Positions 37,288 through 50,290 of a DNA stretch of 64,000 nucleotides are shown here, in pieces. Origin of the DNA: Chrysemys picta bellii (Eukaryota). The translations under genes and the position numbers were made by a program. Under the pieces are notes generated by a model. That model worked only from the letters and a program-made list of their open reading frames with translations, did no database searches and was not told the DNA's origin. The stretch is taken from the NCBI RefSeq assembly GCF_011386835.1, contig NC_088792.1:68076001-68140000 (forward strand). Reading direction: 5' to 3'. Every line of letters starts with the position of its first letter. The first letter of the stretch is position 1.

Positions 37288-37390
37288 GATCTGTGAGAGT
37301 GCCTCTCAGAGTTGGTAAGACAACTCCCACCTGTTTATGCTCTCTGTATGTGTGTATATATATCTCCTCAATATATGTTCCATTCTATAT

Positions 37391-37430
37391 GCATCCGAAG
37401 AAGTGGGCTGTAGTCCACGAAAGCTTATGC
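37391..37430 (+). ncRNA. Putative minimal hammerhead ribozyme motif, sense to PLEKHA8 pre-mRNA
   Basis: Identical 40-mer to 8519-8558. Confidence 0.7.
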
Positions 37431-38982
37431 TCTAATAAATTTGTTAGTCTCTAAGCTGCCACAAGTACTCCTGTTCTTCTATTAGCAAGTCAATAATCTG
37501 GCACCATCTGGGTGACACTTCCTGTGTTAACTCTCCCCAAGGTGAGAAACTTTCCCTTCATCTCTGGCCTTGCTATGCATCGCATCAGACTATAAATACA
37601 CCAATTCAAACTGGCTCTCAACACAAGTCACAAAGAGTCAGACACAAAATGCAGGGTCTACTCCACAATGCAAGTTTACAATAGTGAACTGTTAGCCAGT
37701 GCATATAGGTTACACACCCATGCATTAAAAGTATTATGCACATGGTGTTAATGTGGTGTATATTAAATATAAGTGTTGGGCAATCATGTGAAATCTTGTT
37801 ATGATTACTCTTATTCACTTGTAAGTATCCCACAATACCTTGTAAGGGTATAACTCAGCATTTGGCATAAGGAAACTGTCAAAGGCAAGATATGTAAGTA
37901 TTCTACCCTGGTACAGGTAAGGAGTGGCCCATTTAGTTCAGAATTCTGTGTTCAAAAACAAAATATAAGAGGGGAACACCATGCTACCAAAAAACCAAGG
38001 TAATTGGGGCCCAGTATTTTCATATTAGTCTTGGATGACGACATGCTTTTTATTTGTAATCAGGTCTACTATAAATAGAGGTGGGTTTGGAGGCTTATTT
38101 TGGGAACACATCTTCTGCACAAGGTGAAAAGAACATGCTGTGAGAACCTGCTTCTCAGAAGGATTGGGGGACGTATTATCTCTCTTTCCTGTACAAGACT
38201 GTTTTGTCTATAGACAATACATTGGTAATTTGGTCTCCTGAACATTTTTAATATTGAAACCCAAGTGTTGTCAAAATTAATTGGCTATACATTTTAATCA
38301 ATAAAATGACACAAAGCAAGATGAAATTCACAAGTTGACACACTGTCACAAGGTGAAATACTCGGGGTGCATTCGCTGAACTTGAAATACTTTCAGCTAA
38401 CAAAATTAACTTTTTTTAATTTGGGGATCATTCAAATCTATTTGGGGGTTTTTTAAACTGGCTTTCAGGCATTCAGGTCCCTTAATTATGAATAATGAGA
38501 TAGATGGGTGTTAAGATGAGCTGTCTTTGTCAAGCTCCCTTTTCCACCCTCCTGTAGTTTACAAACAAGGAGCTAAGACCCTCTGACAACTGTTATTTAT
38601 ATCTCAGATTATTTAGCAAACAGGCACATTATAGTATGTAGGGATTTAGTCCTTGAATAAAAAGGCTCATGAAGTCAGACATCTTGTGGTGGAGACTCTT
38701 TTCTTTCTCTTTTGTAGTAAGTTTGTGTGTTATAATTTAACAGCTCAGCTGGAACACTCTATTCCTGTTTGTGTTGGCAAATATCAAAAGGTGCATGTTT
38801 TTCAACTGTCATAAAGTGAACATATGGGCATCCTAGTTCTAAGGCTTACGTTTTCAGATTAATGGAGAATGTGGATGGGTTGGACTGCATTGAAATAGTA
38901 CTAGTTATTTCCTCAACTTTCCAAAAACATCTACTGCAAGACTGATGGGATGTGTCCAACTCTCTTCTTGTTTCATTTTTAG

Positions 38983-39107
38983 AGCTCACTGAAAACACCG
39001 AAGCCTTGAAAACCAAAATGTCAGAGCTTAGACTGTATTGTGACCTCCTTGTTCAGCAAGTGGATAAAACTAAGGAAGCTAGCATTTGTGGTGTATCAGA
39101 ATCAGAG
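38983..39107 (+). CDS. PLEKHA8: PLEKHA8 exon 4
   Basis: tttttag|AG. (E)[41 protein letters not shown]. Donor GAG|GTACAA. 125 nt. Confidence 0.95.
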
Positions 39108-40809
39108 GTACAACTTTGTTTTCATACAGCCCTATCCCACTGGGTGCTGAGCACTCTGGACTTGTCCTGTGGATTGAACACCTCACAGAATGAACCCATC
39201 ATGACTTAAGGAAGGATGTTATCCAGTTTAATGTTGCACTGACTTTCCTGCTGAATGCACATAGGAGAAAAGTACCTAAGCAACAGACTTTAGTTAGCAA
39301 TATATTATTTTTATTATGTATTGCTATCCATTATGCTGGCTAGTACTGAGGTCATATACAGTAACTATGATCATGATAGTAATGCCTCAAAAAAAAATTA
39401 TGGTTTCACTGATCTTGTGCATATAGTTCATGTTTCCAGCAATAAAGTGCACATACTTGATGAAGAGATGCTATGCAAGACGTGTATAGCACCTGATCCT
39501 AAATAGACTGCAGTCCAGGACTGCTAAAATCCTCCTTCAGTCAGTTCTGTTCTTAGGCTGAATACGTAATGACTAAGAGATAATGTAGAGCCACAGTGAA
39601 ACTCAACTAAAGGAAGAAACTTGCTGACTGGCTTTCGGAGTTTTAACAACATTTGTTGGTTTCGCATTAGAAAAGAAATACCAGTTCCAGAGGCATCTCT
39701 TACAAGCTTTCCTAACAGAAGGAGCTCAGTTTGGGAATGGCCTTCTAAAGAAGAGGGTATGCTCCTTCTCAATGCGAGGGGTGGGGAGGTGGAAGGATTA
39801 TATGTGAGAAAAACTTAGCCTCTCGGACAGGAGGTGTGGTTTTCCAAGTTGTACAGTCCTCCTGTGGTGCCTCCCAGAGGAATTTTATTCACAAGTTGCG
39901 GGGCTGGCAGCTGACTGCATGAAGGGGAGTTATTGTGGTGTCCTAGCCAGCCAAGTAGAGACCCTGGCTGAAGTCTTGATGATGGATTTAACAAACTGTG
40001 TGGTGGTAGTAATGTTATTGTGCCTAATTTGGTCTTGTATAAAGGACTAGTAAGCAGTTGTTAGAACTGTTGTAACAAACACACAAAAAATTGTTGTATT
40101 TACCCACTTCATAATTCAGTGTTGTGGGGAAAATGAGTCAATATTTTTAGTGTCCCTTTACCTGGCAATGGATTATTCAGAGCTGCAAGGGTTTAACCTA
40201 ATAGCAATCCGCTATCAATAACATGTTTCTATGTTGCATCTAATACACAAGGGTCAGGACAGATATAACCCTTTGTCCAGAGTATGTTATGTAGACAAAG
40301 TAGGGGTTTGGTGCCAGCATAGTACTTTGTTTTGCACCTTGTTCAATTGCAGTCACCTTTCATTGGGTAGAGGTACAATACATAAATATTGTTATCCTAG
40401 GCCACTTGAATTGTCAGCTTTTCATTCTCTTGCCATGGTGTCCTCTGGTCATGCCAACCTAATAGCAGAATGTCAGGTCCTGGACCAATACTGAATTCAC
40501 CATGGCATGTGTTTACCATGTTTTAACTCTGGGCAAGTGGCATATAAATAGATGTTGCTGTTGAAATGCTGCGTTTTGAGATTGGTGTCAGAGGAGGCTG
40601 ACAGCAACAGGAACATCTTCATGCAATCCCAATAGTGTCTGCTGTCATCGCTGTGATAAGATGGCCTCTTATGTTTAGTTCTTTGAAGATATTGAGCTTC
40701 TGATGATTAAGAAACACGACTGTTGGGATGATGGGTTTTGTAAACGTCAGTCTTTCCAAATTAGGCGTTGATGGCAAATAAAGTGTCTTGCCATCTGGTT
40801 ATTTCACAG

Positions 40810-40968
40810 AATGGAATTGATATGGGAGCTCTGTTGAAATCAACATGTAACACTTTCCTGAAGACTCTTGAAGAATGTATGCAGATTGCAAATGTGGCCT
40901 TCTCTTCTGAGTTATTACATCACACCCCATCAGGATCTCCCCACTTGGCTGTTCTCAAATCAAACAAG
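40810..40968 (+). CDS. PLEKHA8: PLEKHA8 exon 5
   Basis: atttcacag|A. NGIDMGALLKSTCNTFLKTLEECMQIANVAFSSELLHHTPSGSPHLAVLKSNK. Donor AAG|GTAATG. 159 nt. Confidence 0.95.
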
Positions 40969-41861
40969 GTAATGTTGTGCAATCTCTGCTGTCAATCTCA
41001 ACATGGAAAGCATACTGCCTTTCCTGGAAAGTAGTAGCTGTGGTAGTAAGGAATGGGTTTTAGCCCAGGATCGAGATAGTAACCATCCACTGGTGACATC
41101 CTGGTGTGTCATATGGATTGCAAGTGATGCAGGACTCAACTGTACATTTAAGTCACCATTCACTTACTGTTAATAGCAGTTTAAACTCCTTGCTCAGTAA
41201 TACTTGGGACCTGATCCAGCTGTGAATATCCATGGCCCAGAATATTGTGAATGTGTGCTAGCTGGAATGGAAGCCCTAAATAAATTTTAAAAATAACCCC
41301 AGCACCATGTCTGCAATTGTAAGCTCCCCAGAAGATGGAGAATTCATCTCACTGGTCTCACTATCACAGTCTCAAATTCCCTAAGCATATTTGTAAAGCT
41401 GGAGCAACTCTCCTGGCTAACAACAGATTAGAATGAAGGGAGGCAGGCATACATGGTTTTTTCATCTGGCGTGTGTAGGGTTTTTTAATTTAAACATACT
41501 CAGGAAGAGGGTTTAATTTTCCTTTACCCAGCCTTTCACAATGGCCCCTCCAGTTCCCCAGCTCCCACAGGATTGCCATATTTAGTTTGTTTTGTTTGTG
41601 GAGGTAGGCAGTACGCTGCCTGGGGATTAGCCTCTCTTTTGATCTTTGCCCGGTAACCTTCGGAATAGATCGTTTACCTGAGAAGGGTCCGATATTTTCA
41701 TGGTTCAAACCTCATTGCATATGTTCCTATGGCCCCAGATCAGGGAAGTATGAAGCATAAGCTTAATTTTCCTCATTGACTTCCGTTTGAGTTAATAAAT
41801 GTAAAGTTTGAGGAGCACAAAATGCTGCTTTATTTTAAGGATAAATTTTCTGTTTTTATAG

Positions 41862-41902
41862 GTAACCCCTCCCATCTCCTCCAGTAGCACTACAACAGAA
41901 AG
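41862..41902 (+). CDS. PLEKHA8: PLEKHA8 exon 6 (41-nt small exon, divergent linker)
   Basis: tgtttttatag|GTAACC...GAAAG|GTACAG. Encodes VTPPISSSSTTTE(R). It bridges phase 0 (exon 5) to phase 2 (exon 7) exactly. Protein similarity to human is weak, so the call rests on splice sites and phase. Confidence 0.8.
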
Positions 41903-43219
41903 GTACAGTGACACTCTCCCCCCCCCCCCCCCCCCGTTCCCCCCCCAGAATGGCATAATTTTTTTTGGTTATGTCTGACTCTCCTATGTTGTGTTTTTTT
42001 TTTTTTTTGAATGTATTGATGATATTGCAAATACCAGATACAAGCACAAACTCTATTGCTAAGTGGATTTTCTTTCACTTCGCTCACACTTTTCCCTCTT
42101 GGCTACTTCTCTTACCATTATCCTTATTATGCCTTTCTGCTGGTGGTGGCTAGCCAACCATCTCACACACGCTTTACTGCTCTCTTCCTCACCTCTGGTT
42201 TCTGCTCCCTGCATTGCCATTATGAATGCTGCTGCAGAAAACAAAGGTATCAGGAGGCAGTGAATGAGCTGTCCATTGGAGCAGTGACCAATAATGCCAC
42301 CAATGCCAGTATAATGTGCCACTGGAACATTTCTTTAAAATCTGGTCTGTCCCAACCACCTTCATCTGCACTGGTGACGTGCCCCCTATCAGCCTCCAAT
42401 GCAAAGCAAACATTTTCCTCAGGTCTCTGATGTATCTTTTAAGCCGAGTATTTAAAAAACAAGAGTTGTTAAAACATATTCTGTTTGCAGAAAAGGGTAA
42501 TCCCTCTTCTGGATTTTCTTAGTTTTAGTAACAGTAGACTAATTCCAGTAAATATTTAATTCCTTTTTAGTATAAAATTTTGATTTTTGTTCTAACGGTG
42601 CAAACAGTTCCTTAAAGGCAACGCACTTCGTCTGAAAACTTTTTTACATGTTATTGTTACAAATAATACCTTAAATTACTATAACTGAGATTGGGAGGAG
42701 TTCTTTGTACATTTGATGACTTGTTGTGTATAGTTTGTTTTCCCACTTGTATGGCCATTTTCACCTGTTGTTTATGTTTGGGCTGTTCACTCAGAAAACA
42801 ATGGAGAAAAAGATATCTGGGGGGGGAAATATGACTAAAACTGTGGCAGCAGGACTGTTTCAGATACAATATCTGCCCCTTACCTTTTTTTTTTTTTAAC
42901 CCAACTGGATTTTAAGTTGGCTGTGCCCCTCTTTTTTTAAGAAAATATCTACTTTTTTTTCTCTCAAATATTCCATATTCTTGGTTTAGGATTGTTTCAG
43001 TAAATATACACACTGGAAAAACATTTTTGGAGCCACATGGTTCCTTCTAATGTTTTTAGACAAACATTTTTCTCACAGCAATCTAGAACTGGCAACAATT
43101 TTGGATTTCAAGTCCCTCTTTCACATTGTTGTATACAGTTTGATAGGAAGAGACATGCCAAGCAAAGTGTTACATTTGCTCTTTAGTTTACATTTGTGTT
43201 TTTTTCCCCCCTCCGTCAG

Positions 43220-43377
43220 GCAGATGGAATTGAACAGTTGTGAAAATGGCTCCGTAAAGGCAGAAACTAATCATTGTGAGCAAACATTGTTTAACACTCT
43301 GATACCCTCACATCTGAAATCTAACGAGGGAGACTGTGACATTTCAGCTGAAAACCATGTTGAAAAGAAGTTGACAG
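43220..43377 (+). CDS. PLEKHA8: PLEKHA8 exon 7 (linker)
   Basis: ctccgtcag|G. (R)QMELNSCENGSVKAETNHCEQTLFNTLIPSHLKSNEGDCDISAENHVEKKLT(G). Donor G|GTAAAC. 158 nt. Confidence 0.92.
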
Positions 43378-45114
43378 GTAAACGTATGGAAAGAAATCTT
43401 ATCCTGTACTTTTGAGCACAAACAGTCTTTTATGAGTGTGAGATATCTCACTTCCCAAGAGAGACGGAGTATGTCAGCACTTGTTACAAGATTACTGACG
43501 TTTTACTTTGATCTCTGTCCATTTCCCAGAGGTTGTCTTCCCAACACAATTCACACCCTTGTTGGTGGCCTTGGTAGAGAGACCAAGAACTGAAGAGGTA
43601 CAGGACTAAACTGTTCTCTCACACTAGAGCTCATCTGGGTCACAATTGACAGAAACTGGCAATGCACTCAGGCAACACTTGTACTGCACATGCTCTGTGA
43701 ACCAGGGGCTTCATTCCCAAAGGCCCTCCATTGGCACCCTTTTCAAATACTAAAGGCCAGATTATCAAGAGTGCATATGGGAGCTGTGTGTGCATGTTTC
43801 TGAGCAGCTGGTCTTCAGTTCACTCATACGTGCACTGACATATCTTTCAAAAAGAAAACCCCAAACTCCTCCTCCTTAAATTAAGAGGTTATTTGTTTTA
43901 GGAAAATTCCACTACTATTCAGACAGCATTGTATTAAAGTACCCATTACTCTAGCTGGCATCTCTCCTAAATAGGCAAAGTTAAAACATTTTATTTATAT
44001 TTTGATTTGGCATTGTTTCAGAAATTGCCTGATACTTATGCTAATGTGGTTATATAAAAACAATTCAGTATATGATGGAATCCAGCCCTGAGACACTATG
44101 TTGGAGTGTTTGAGGTTTTATTATTATTATTTGTTGAGTAGCCTAGGTCAGACTCAAACACTTGTGCTTCCCTTACTGTACATTATGCAGAACAGGCACT
44201 AGCAACCGGTGGTCTAGCAGAATTTGTGCACAAACATAAGAGGTATCAAGGTTCCTCTCAGCTTACCAAATTATGCTCTGTCTGTCACAAATATTTAGCT
44301 CTCCCACTGGCTCTCCAGAATTTCCTTTGCCCTTGTTTTCCCCCATTCAGTTTAGTTTGGTCTTGCATAGGCAGAAGAAATAGTTGAAAAATCAGAAATA
44401 CAGTAATTGGAAAGGAAAAAGACTACGGGTTCCTATTGTGAAGATGTTGTGTAGCCTTATCTGACGAGAGGTCTCCACTTCCCATGCTCTTCCCACCTGC
44501 TCTAAAACCAAGTCCACTTCCCCTTTTCCCTGGGTTTGGTTTTCATTTACTTAGAAATTAAGGGTAATACAATATACTTTCAGCCCAAACCTTTTCCCCA
44601 GTCTTGGCTGAACTTCGGGTTCCCTAGATCCTTTCTCCACCAAGCCACTCCCACAGCCCTTTCTATCCGGGTAAGGTAACAGGACACGTGTGAGTCAACA
44701 TTTAATCCTTTTCCAGGAAGTTCAATACGGCTCTCACATAGGGTATCTTAGGCAAACACTGCCATCCTTTTGCACATTTTTAGTCTTAGTTGCATTTTTT
44801 TCCCTTCAATGGACAAAGGAAAAAGAAGAATAAAGTAAAAGATGTGATGACATTTCACAAAGTGACATCTCTTCCATGGAGCTGGGGCTGTTCCAATTTG
44901 AGTAGCAAGAGTGGCCAGTATTGTGTAGTCCTGCTAGTGCCTGTAGAAAAGTGTGCATGCAAAGATCAATAGAGCCATTCATTGTGAATACCTTAGAAGA
45001 CACCATTAAATTAGTAAGGTGGATAACAAGAGAAGAACTAGTCAAAGAATCTCATTCAAATTAGATAACTGGTATCATTCAGCAATTGAGGTTTCCTTTC
45101 TTTTTAAATGTAAG

Positions 45115-45283
45115 GTGATGAAGTTAAAGACGATGGAGGAAGCAAGATGCTGCCCATAGAGGGCAACAATGCTAACGAATCGCTGCAGTTGGCAATGGAT
45201 TCCATAAGTGGACCAGCTCCATCACATTGGGGAGAAGGAAATGAAGAGGATTTACCTACCTTCTTCAGTGTCATGAACAATAG
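45115..45283 (+). CDS. PLEKHA8: PLEKHA8 exon 8 (linker into GLTP domain)
   Basis: Acceptor tttttaaatgtaag|GT (AAG type). Open frame DEVKDDGGSKMLPIEGNNANESLQLAMDSISGPAPSHWGEGNEEDLPTFFSVMNN(R); PTFFSxMN is conserved. Donor AG|GTAGCA. 169 nt. Confidence 0.88.
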
Positions 45284-46574
45284 GTAGCATAGCTCCTGCA
45301 TGCGGTAGATGAACAGTTGCTGGTATATTGAGACTGTATGGTTAAAACCCTTAATCACCTGAGCATTTGATCCATGCAATGGCGTATTCACTTAAATAAA
45401 TCCCAATGGAGATAATTTTGTAAATTGTACTGTTTGTAGTAAAGCTATAATACGTTTTGTAGTGCTCGGAGTTGGAACAAGGGAGTCTAATAGTTGAGTA
45501 GTATGGTAAAAGGTCCATCACTTAAATACTACTTTTTGTGATTTCTATCCTCCCTCCCTCCCTAACTCACCCCCACCATCCATGGGGTGATTCCTTTGCA
45601 AGAGTAACTGGCAACAATAATTGTTGAACTTCTGAAAATTTGATTGTTGGTCAATTAATCACAAGCTGGAAAATTACTCTATTTAAAGTAACTATCTGTC
45701 TCTGCTAAATTGACTGTGGTACGTCTCTAGGTTGAGAATTATTTTTTCCTTGGTGTGATTAAGAGCCAGTTTCTGTACTGTCAAAATCACTGGGCTACAT
45801 TCACCAATAGCAAAAGCTGGCACAGTGAAACTGATGTAAAAAGGACCTGGTTATGCTAGTGGCTCAGTGCATGTCTAGTTTGCCTTATTGAAATGAAGCG
45901 GGTGTGTAATACAGTTTCTCCATTGAAACTGTACAAAAGAGGCAGTAGTGTAAAATAGAATTCTCTAATGCTTAAGAGATGTAGGAACAGGCTGAAACCA
46001 TGATAATCAGTTCCCCACCCCCAAATTCAGAATCTGAGATCAGGGCCCCATTGCATTGGGCACAGTATCTGCATGTAGTGAGAAGAGCTTACAGTCAAAA
46101 TAGCCAAGACACACAAGACATACATTTTCTCCATTTCACAGGTGGGGAACTAAGGAGCAAAAGCACATGTGACTAAGATCACATGGGAAATTTGGGTTCA
46201 ATCTCTGACATGATACCAGTCTTTTTGAGTTCCGGTCCAGTGCGTTAACCATAAGCTCATCCTTCTGTCCTCACCATACAGGCATAATGTAAAATTTGCC
46301 TTTGTCAGTAAATGCGTCTGAATCAAAGATCTGATTCCAGGTTTTATACTTGTTTGTGAGCAAACGAGGCGTATCTTGTCTTTGTATATAAAACTCGCGA
46401 TTTCCGTTCAAACATTCATGTCCCTTACAGAACAAAACTCAGTATGTAGTTCTTGTGAAATATTGATTGCAGTGTGACCGCCTTTCAAAAAAGCAAACCC
46501 TTCTTCCATTGTTTGTGGGTAAAGTATGACAGGAGTATTTAACGTTTTCTTTGTGTTTATACTGGAATCTCCAG

Positions 46575-46660
46575 GTTTAATGACATTGAACTCCAGGAGG
46601 GTGACGGCATACCCACAGAGGAATTTCTGCAATCGTGTTACGCGATAGTGCCAGTTTTGG
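46575..46660 (+). CDS. PLEKHA8: PLEKHA8 exon 9 (GLTP domain)
   Basis: ctccag|G. FNDIELQEGDGIPTEEFLQSCYAIVPVL(D). Donor G|GTAAGT. 86 nt. Confidence 0.96.
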
Positions 46661-47066
46661 GTAAGTGGTTACTTACTTTCACTACAGTCAGTGTCTCTAG
46701 CAGCTATGCCATGAATCTTTTTGATTGCTGCCTAATAAGAGAAATGGCTGAGGTGTGGCTCAGGTTCATTAAGATCATTCAGTTCTTTAATCCTATTTGA
46801 GGATAAGGATACTGACTTCCTTTATAAAGTGCTTTAAGATCTATGGATAAAACTTGCTATAAGAGCTAGGTCCTATTATTTTGGTGTCTTTGGCTCGTGT
46901 ACAGATTGGAGTTTTTGGCCCTGTAACAGAAGGAAGAAAAAGACTTCCATCTTTCTGTTTCTCCTTTTAACTATTCAGAAAAGCTTTTTGGTAGTAGGTG
47001 AAATAGATATTGCTGAGTCATGAGTACTAAGAAACTGCTTTAAAAATGTTGCCTTCTTTCTTCTAG

Positions 47067-47125
47067 ACAAACTTGGACCAACAGTCTTTGCTCCTGTTAA
47101 AATGGATTTTGTAGGTAATATCAAG
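47067..47125 (+). CDS. PLEKHA8: PLEKHA8 exon 10 (GLTP domain)
   Basis: ttcttctag|AC. (D)KLGPTVFAPVKMDFVGNIK. Donor AAG|GTAATA. 59 nt. Confidence 0.96.
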
Positions 47126-47837
47126 GTAATAGCCATTTCTAGCACTGACTTTTCAACAAAACAAAACTTAAGATATTCTACCTAAGACTAAACAGATGCT
47201 GAAACACCCAAACAAATAGTGTATAAATGTAAATACCTGTTTCCTTAAGTCAGGGTGCACAACCAAATTGATATCTAATGATATGAACAATAATCCCATA
47301 CTCAATCTATTGAATATTTTAAAATCATAGAAATTAGATAGGCCTTTTCTTTAGCAAGTCCACTATTCCACACTCCAGACAATGCAGGATTGGCCCCCAG
47401 TATATGTACTTAATAAATAATAATAATTGCAATTTCTCCTCTTGTGATTTTAAATGATTCAAGGGGTAGGCTGCTATCACTTCTGTTGGAAAACTATTCA
47501 GCATTCTTATAGATCTCACCATTAGAATAGGGTTTTCCCCTGATAATTCAACGTAACTTTTTTACATTGCTTAGTTTCACCCCATTATTCCAAGTAATAC
47601 ATTCTTGTGCTACTCTAAAGAACTCCTTTCCCTCCTTGCCTCTTCCATCTTTTGGATGCCACCTATTGGTGGCTTGTTCCATCTTTAATACCTGAGAGTT
47701 TAAAGATGTGTTTAAAACCATGAGATAGGCAGAAATTGAGTTTACAGTCTACTGATCTCTAGTACCTACACGGTATTCATTACCCAGCTGGCTTGCTGTT
47801 ACAGTTATGACTGTATGTAGAAACACAGAGTGACATA

Positions 47838-48122
47838 GGGCTGGTCCATACTAACCCCCCACTTCGAACTAAGATACACAACTTCAGCTACGTGAATAAC
47901 GTAGCTGAAGTCGAAGTACCTTAGTTCGAACTTACCGCGGGTCCAGACGCGGCAGGCAGGCTCCCCCGTCGACTGCGCGTACTCCTCTCGCAGAGCAGGA
48001 GTACCGGCGTCGACAGCGAGCACTTCCGGGATCGATTTATCGCGTCTAGACAAGACGCAATAAATCGATCCCAGAAGATCGATGGCTTACTGTCGGACCC
48101 GGAGGTAAGTATAGACGTACCC
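47838..48122. mobile_element. PIF/Harbinger-type MITE (CpG-rich)
   Basis: TIRs GGGCTGGTCCATACT / AGTATAGACGTACCC. 3-bp TSD ATA. Confidence 0.8.
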
Positions 48123-49474
48123 ATAGGATCTAATGTAATACAGTAACCCTTACAAAGGAAGTGTGTGTTGTGTTTGGAGCAGGTGAAGATAGATCAAGCA
48201 TATGGAATATACAGGGGTGGGATTGGTATCTGGAGGTTTTGTAATATTTGCATAATATTTGCTCCTATTGGTCAGATCAAAATGCAGAAAGGGACGTTAC
48301 ACTGTGCACTGTAAGTGCAGAATATTTTTTCCATACAGTCCAACTTCTGGGTGTAACCAGATTTTTTTTAAACTCCGTTTGAGTGATGGCCTGGTATAAA
48401 CCATTCAGCATGCTAGATTATAGTGGTTAATGAATATGATTTAAGTTGCTGTTTAGTGAAGGCCTCACTAGCCACATCCGCTTTGTTAATGCTGTAAGCT
48501 GAAAAGAAACATTAGATTTCCTTCCTCAAGCAGAAGCCAGAGAGTATGTTGTGAGACCAGGTCCTCAGCTGATATAAATCAGCGTAGCTCCTTTGAAATC
48601 AGTGCTGTTTTACACCAGCTGATGAGCCGCCTCTGAATCTGAACATTTACTTTTGGCTCCAAGCTTGAAAAGGTTTTGTGTGCTACTCGCAAGATGAAGT
48701 AAAAGAATATTTATCACTTAAAATAAAACATTAAACACCTAATGGGGAACATAACTTATTTCAGGCTTCAAAGAAATACTTTTTAAAAATGGAAAATAAA
48801 TAGCTTCCTCGCTTACCCAATGTGCCTCCTTCTCTTCTACCACAGCACGAGGTGCTGCTGTAGCTACTAGCATTGAGCAAGTGCATAAAAAACATACAAT
48901 TTAACAGAAAAGAATGCTGTAAAAACCAAAAAGGACTGGGAAAGATAGTACTGAGAGTGGAAAGGCAACATATATCGCCAATATATACAAGAAAAGCCTG
49001 TTAAGACAGTCTGATTGCGTTGGCTTGTGTTTTTTACAAGGGTGGGTTATATGAAACAAGCTACATTTGTAAAAAAAAATAAAACAAACATTCTGAGTCT
49101 CGTATAGAATCTGCTGCTCCAGCTGCCACTGTAGTAATACCTTAACCACGTTTTTCTTTTCCCTGAAGTGCTCAGAGCATGAACTTCCCTCTCTGAAAGT
49201 TGAGGTATTCATTTTTCCTGGGGGAATGGACAGGACTCTCTTCATGGCCCGTCACTCCACTCCAGATTTAAATGTCAGGGGGCTGTTGAACAAAGCAAGG
49301 CACTCCCCCCTCAGATTTGGAGTCTACTACTCCATGTACGCTGCAAGGAATTAATCTGGGAACCGGCATTCCTTTTGTGTGTGAGAGGCCTGGTAAATAG
49401 CCCTTGTGAGCCAGAATGTTTTTGTTATATAAAATGGAACCATGTAAAAGTATAAACTGTTGCCTTCTCTTCAG

Positions 49475-49605
49475 AAAATAAATCAGAAATATATAACCAA
49501 CAGAGAAGAGTTCAACACTCTCCAGAAGATAGTGCTCCATGAAGTGAGTGCTGAGGTAGCACGCGTTAGAAACTCTGCAACAGAGGCCCTTTTGTGGCTA
49601 AAAAG
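49475..49605 (+). CDS. PLEKHA8: PLEKHA8 exon 11 (GLTP domain)
   Basis: ctcttcag|A. KINQKYITNREEFNTLQKIVLHEVSAEVARVRNSATEALLWLK(R); SATEALLWLKR is the glycolipid-binding helix. Donor AG|GTAACT. 131 nt. Confidence 0.97.
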
Positions 49606-50290
49606 GTAACTGCCAGGTGTCAAATCTTCAGTTTAATTGTAGGTGTTAGGATATTACCCAGATCCCTTCACCAATGTAGATCAGTCTCAGGAAGCAATTC
49701 TTGCTAGTTTCTTTGCACACCGGAGTAGTCAAAACACACTGTGTTCAAATTTAACATCCCAGTTATGGTCCCAGTATTGGGCATACCAATCACAAGGTCT
49801 AAATACCCACTTTTCCCTAGAGAAATAACTGAATAGTCTTGTTGGGTAACTATTCCTGCCATGCCTCTGAGTCATCCAGAGGACCTAGACTACAGCACAT
49901 AAACTCTGACTTGGAGCACAGCCTGTCTGGGGGGGTTGGGGAGTGGTGGCTGAAAGGGATTAGTAATGGATCCATCTCTTTACCCAGATGAAGAACATGT
50001 CTAGTCAATATTGTGTTTGCTGTTACAAGTGAATAGGCCAAGAGGAGACTTCACTTGGGTTTTCTCCAGGCATTTCCACCTAGGCAGTGAGACAGGGACT
50101 CTGCTCACAGTGAGCAGCCTTTAGTAATGTCCCATTTTGGCCAAAATGGTTTAAAGTGTTATGTGAAACCAGTGATTTTTTATATACCTATGTAGTGATG
50201 TTACACACCCTTCCATTTCACTCAACAATTTTTGTGGGGGCTGTCTGGTGATAAAAAAAAAATATTTTTTTTTTGGTTTCTTCCTGGCAG

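Larger units (their letters stand above)
36433..37480 (-). mobile_element. 5'-truncated Penelope-like element with inverted pLTR, in PLEKHA8 intron 3
   Basis: Minus-strand GIY-YIG ORF plus pLTR, then an inverted pLTR copy 37301-37480. Exact 12-bp TSD ATTAGCAAGTCA (36421-36432, 37481-37492). Confidence 0.95.
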
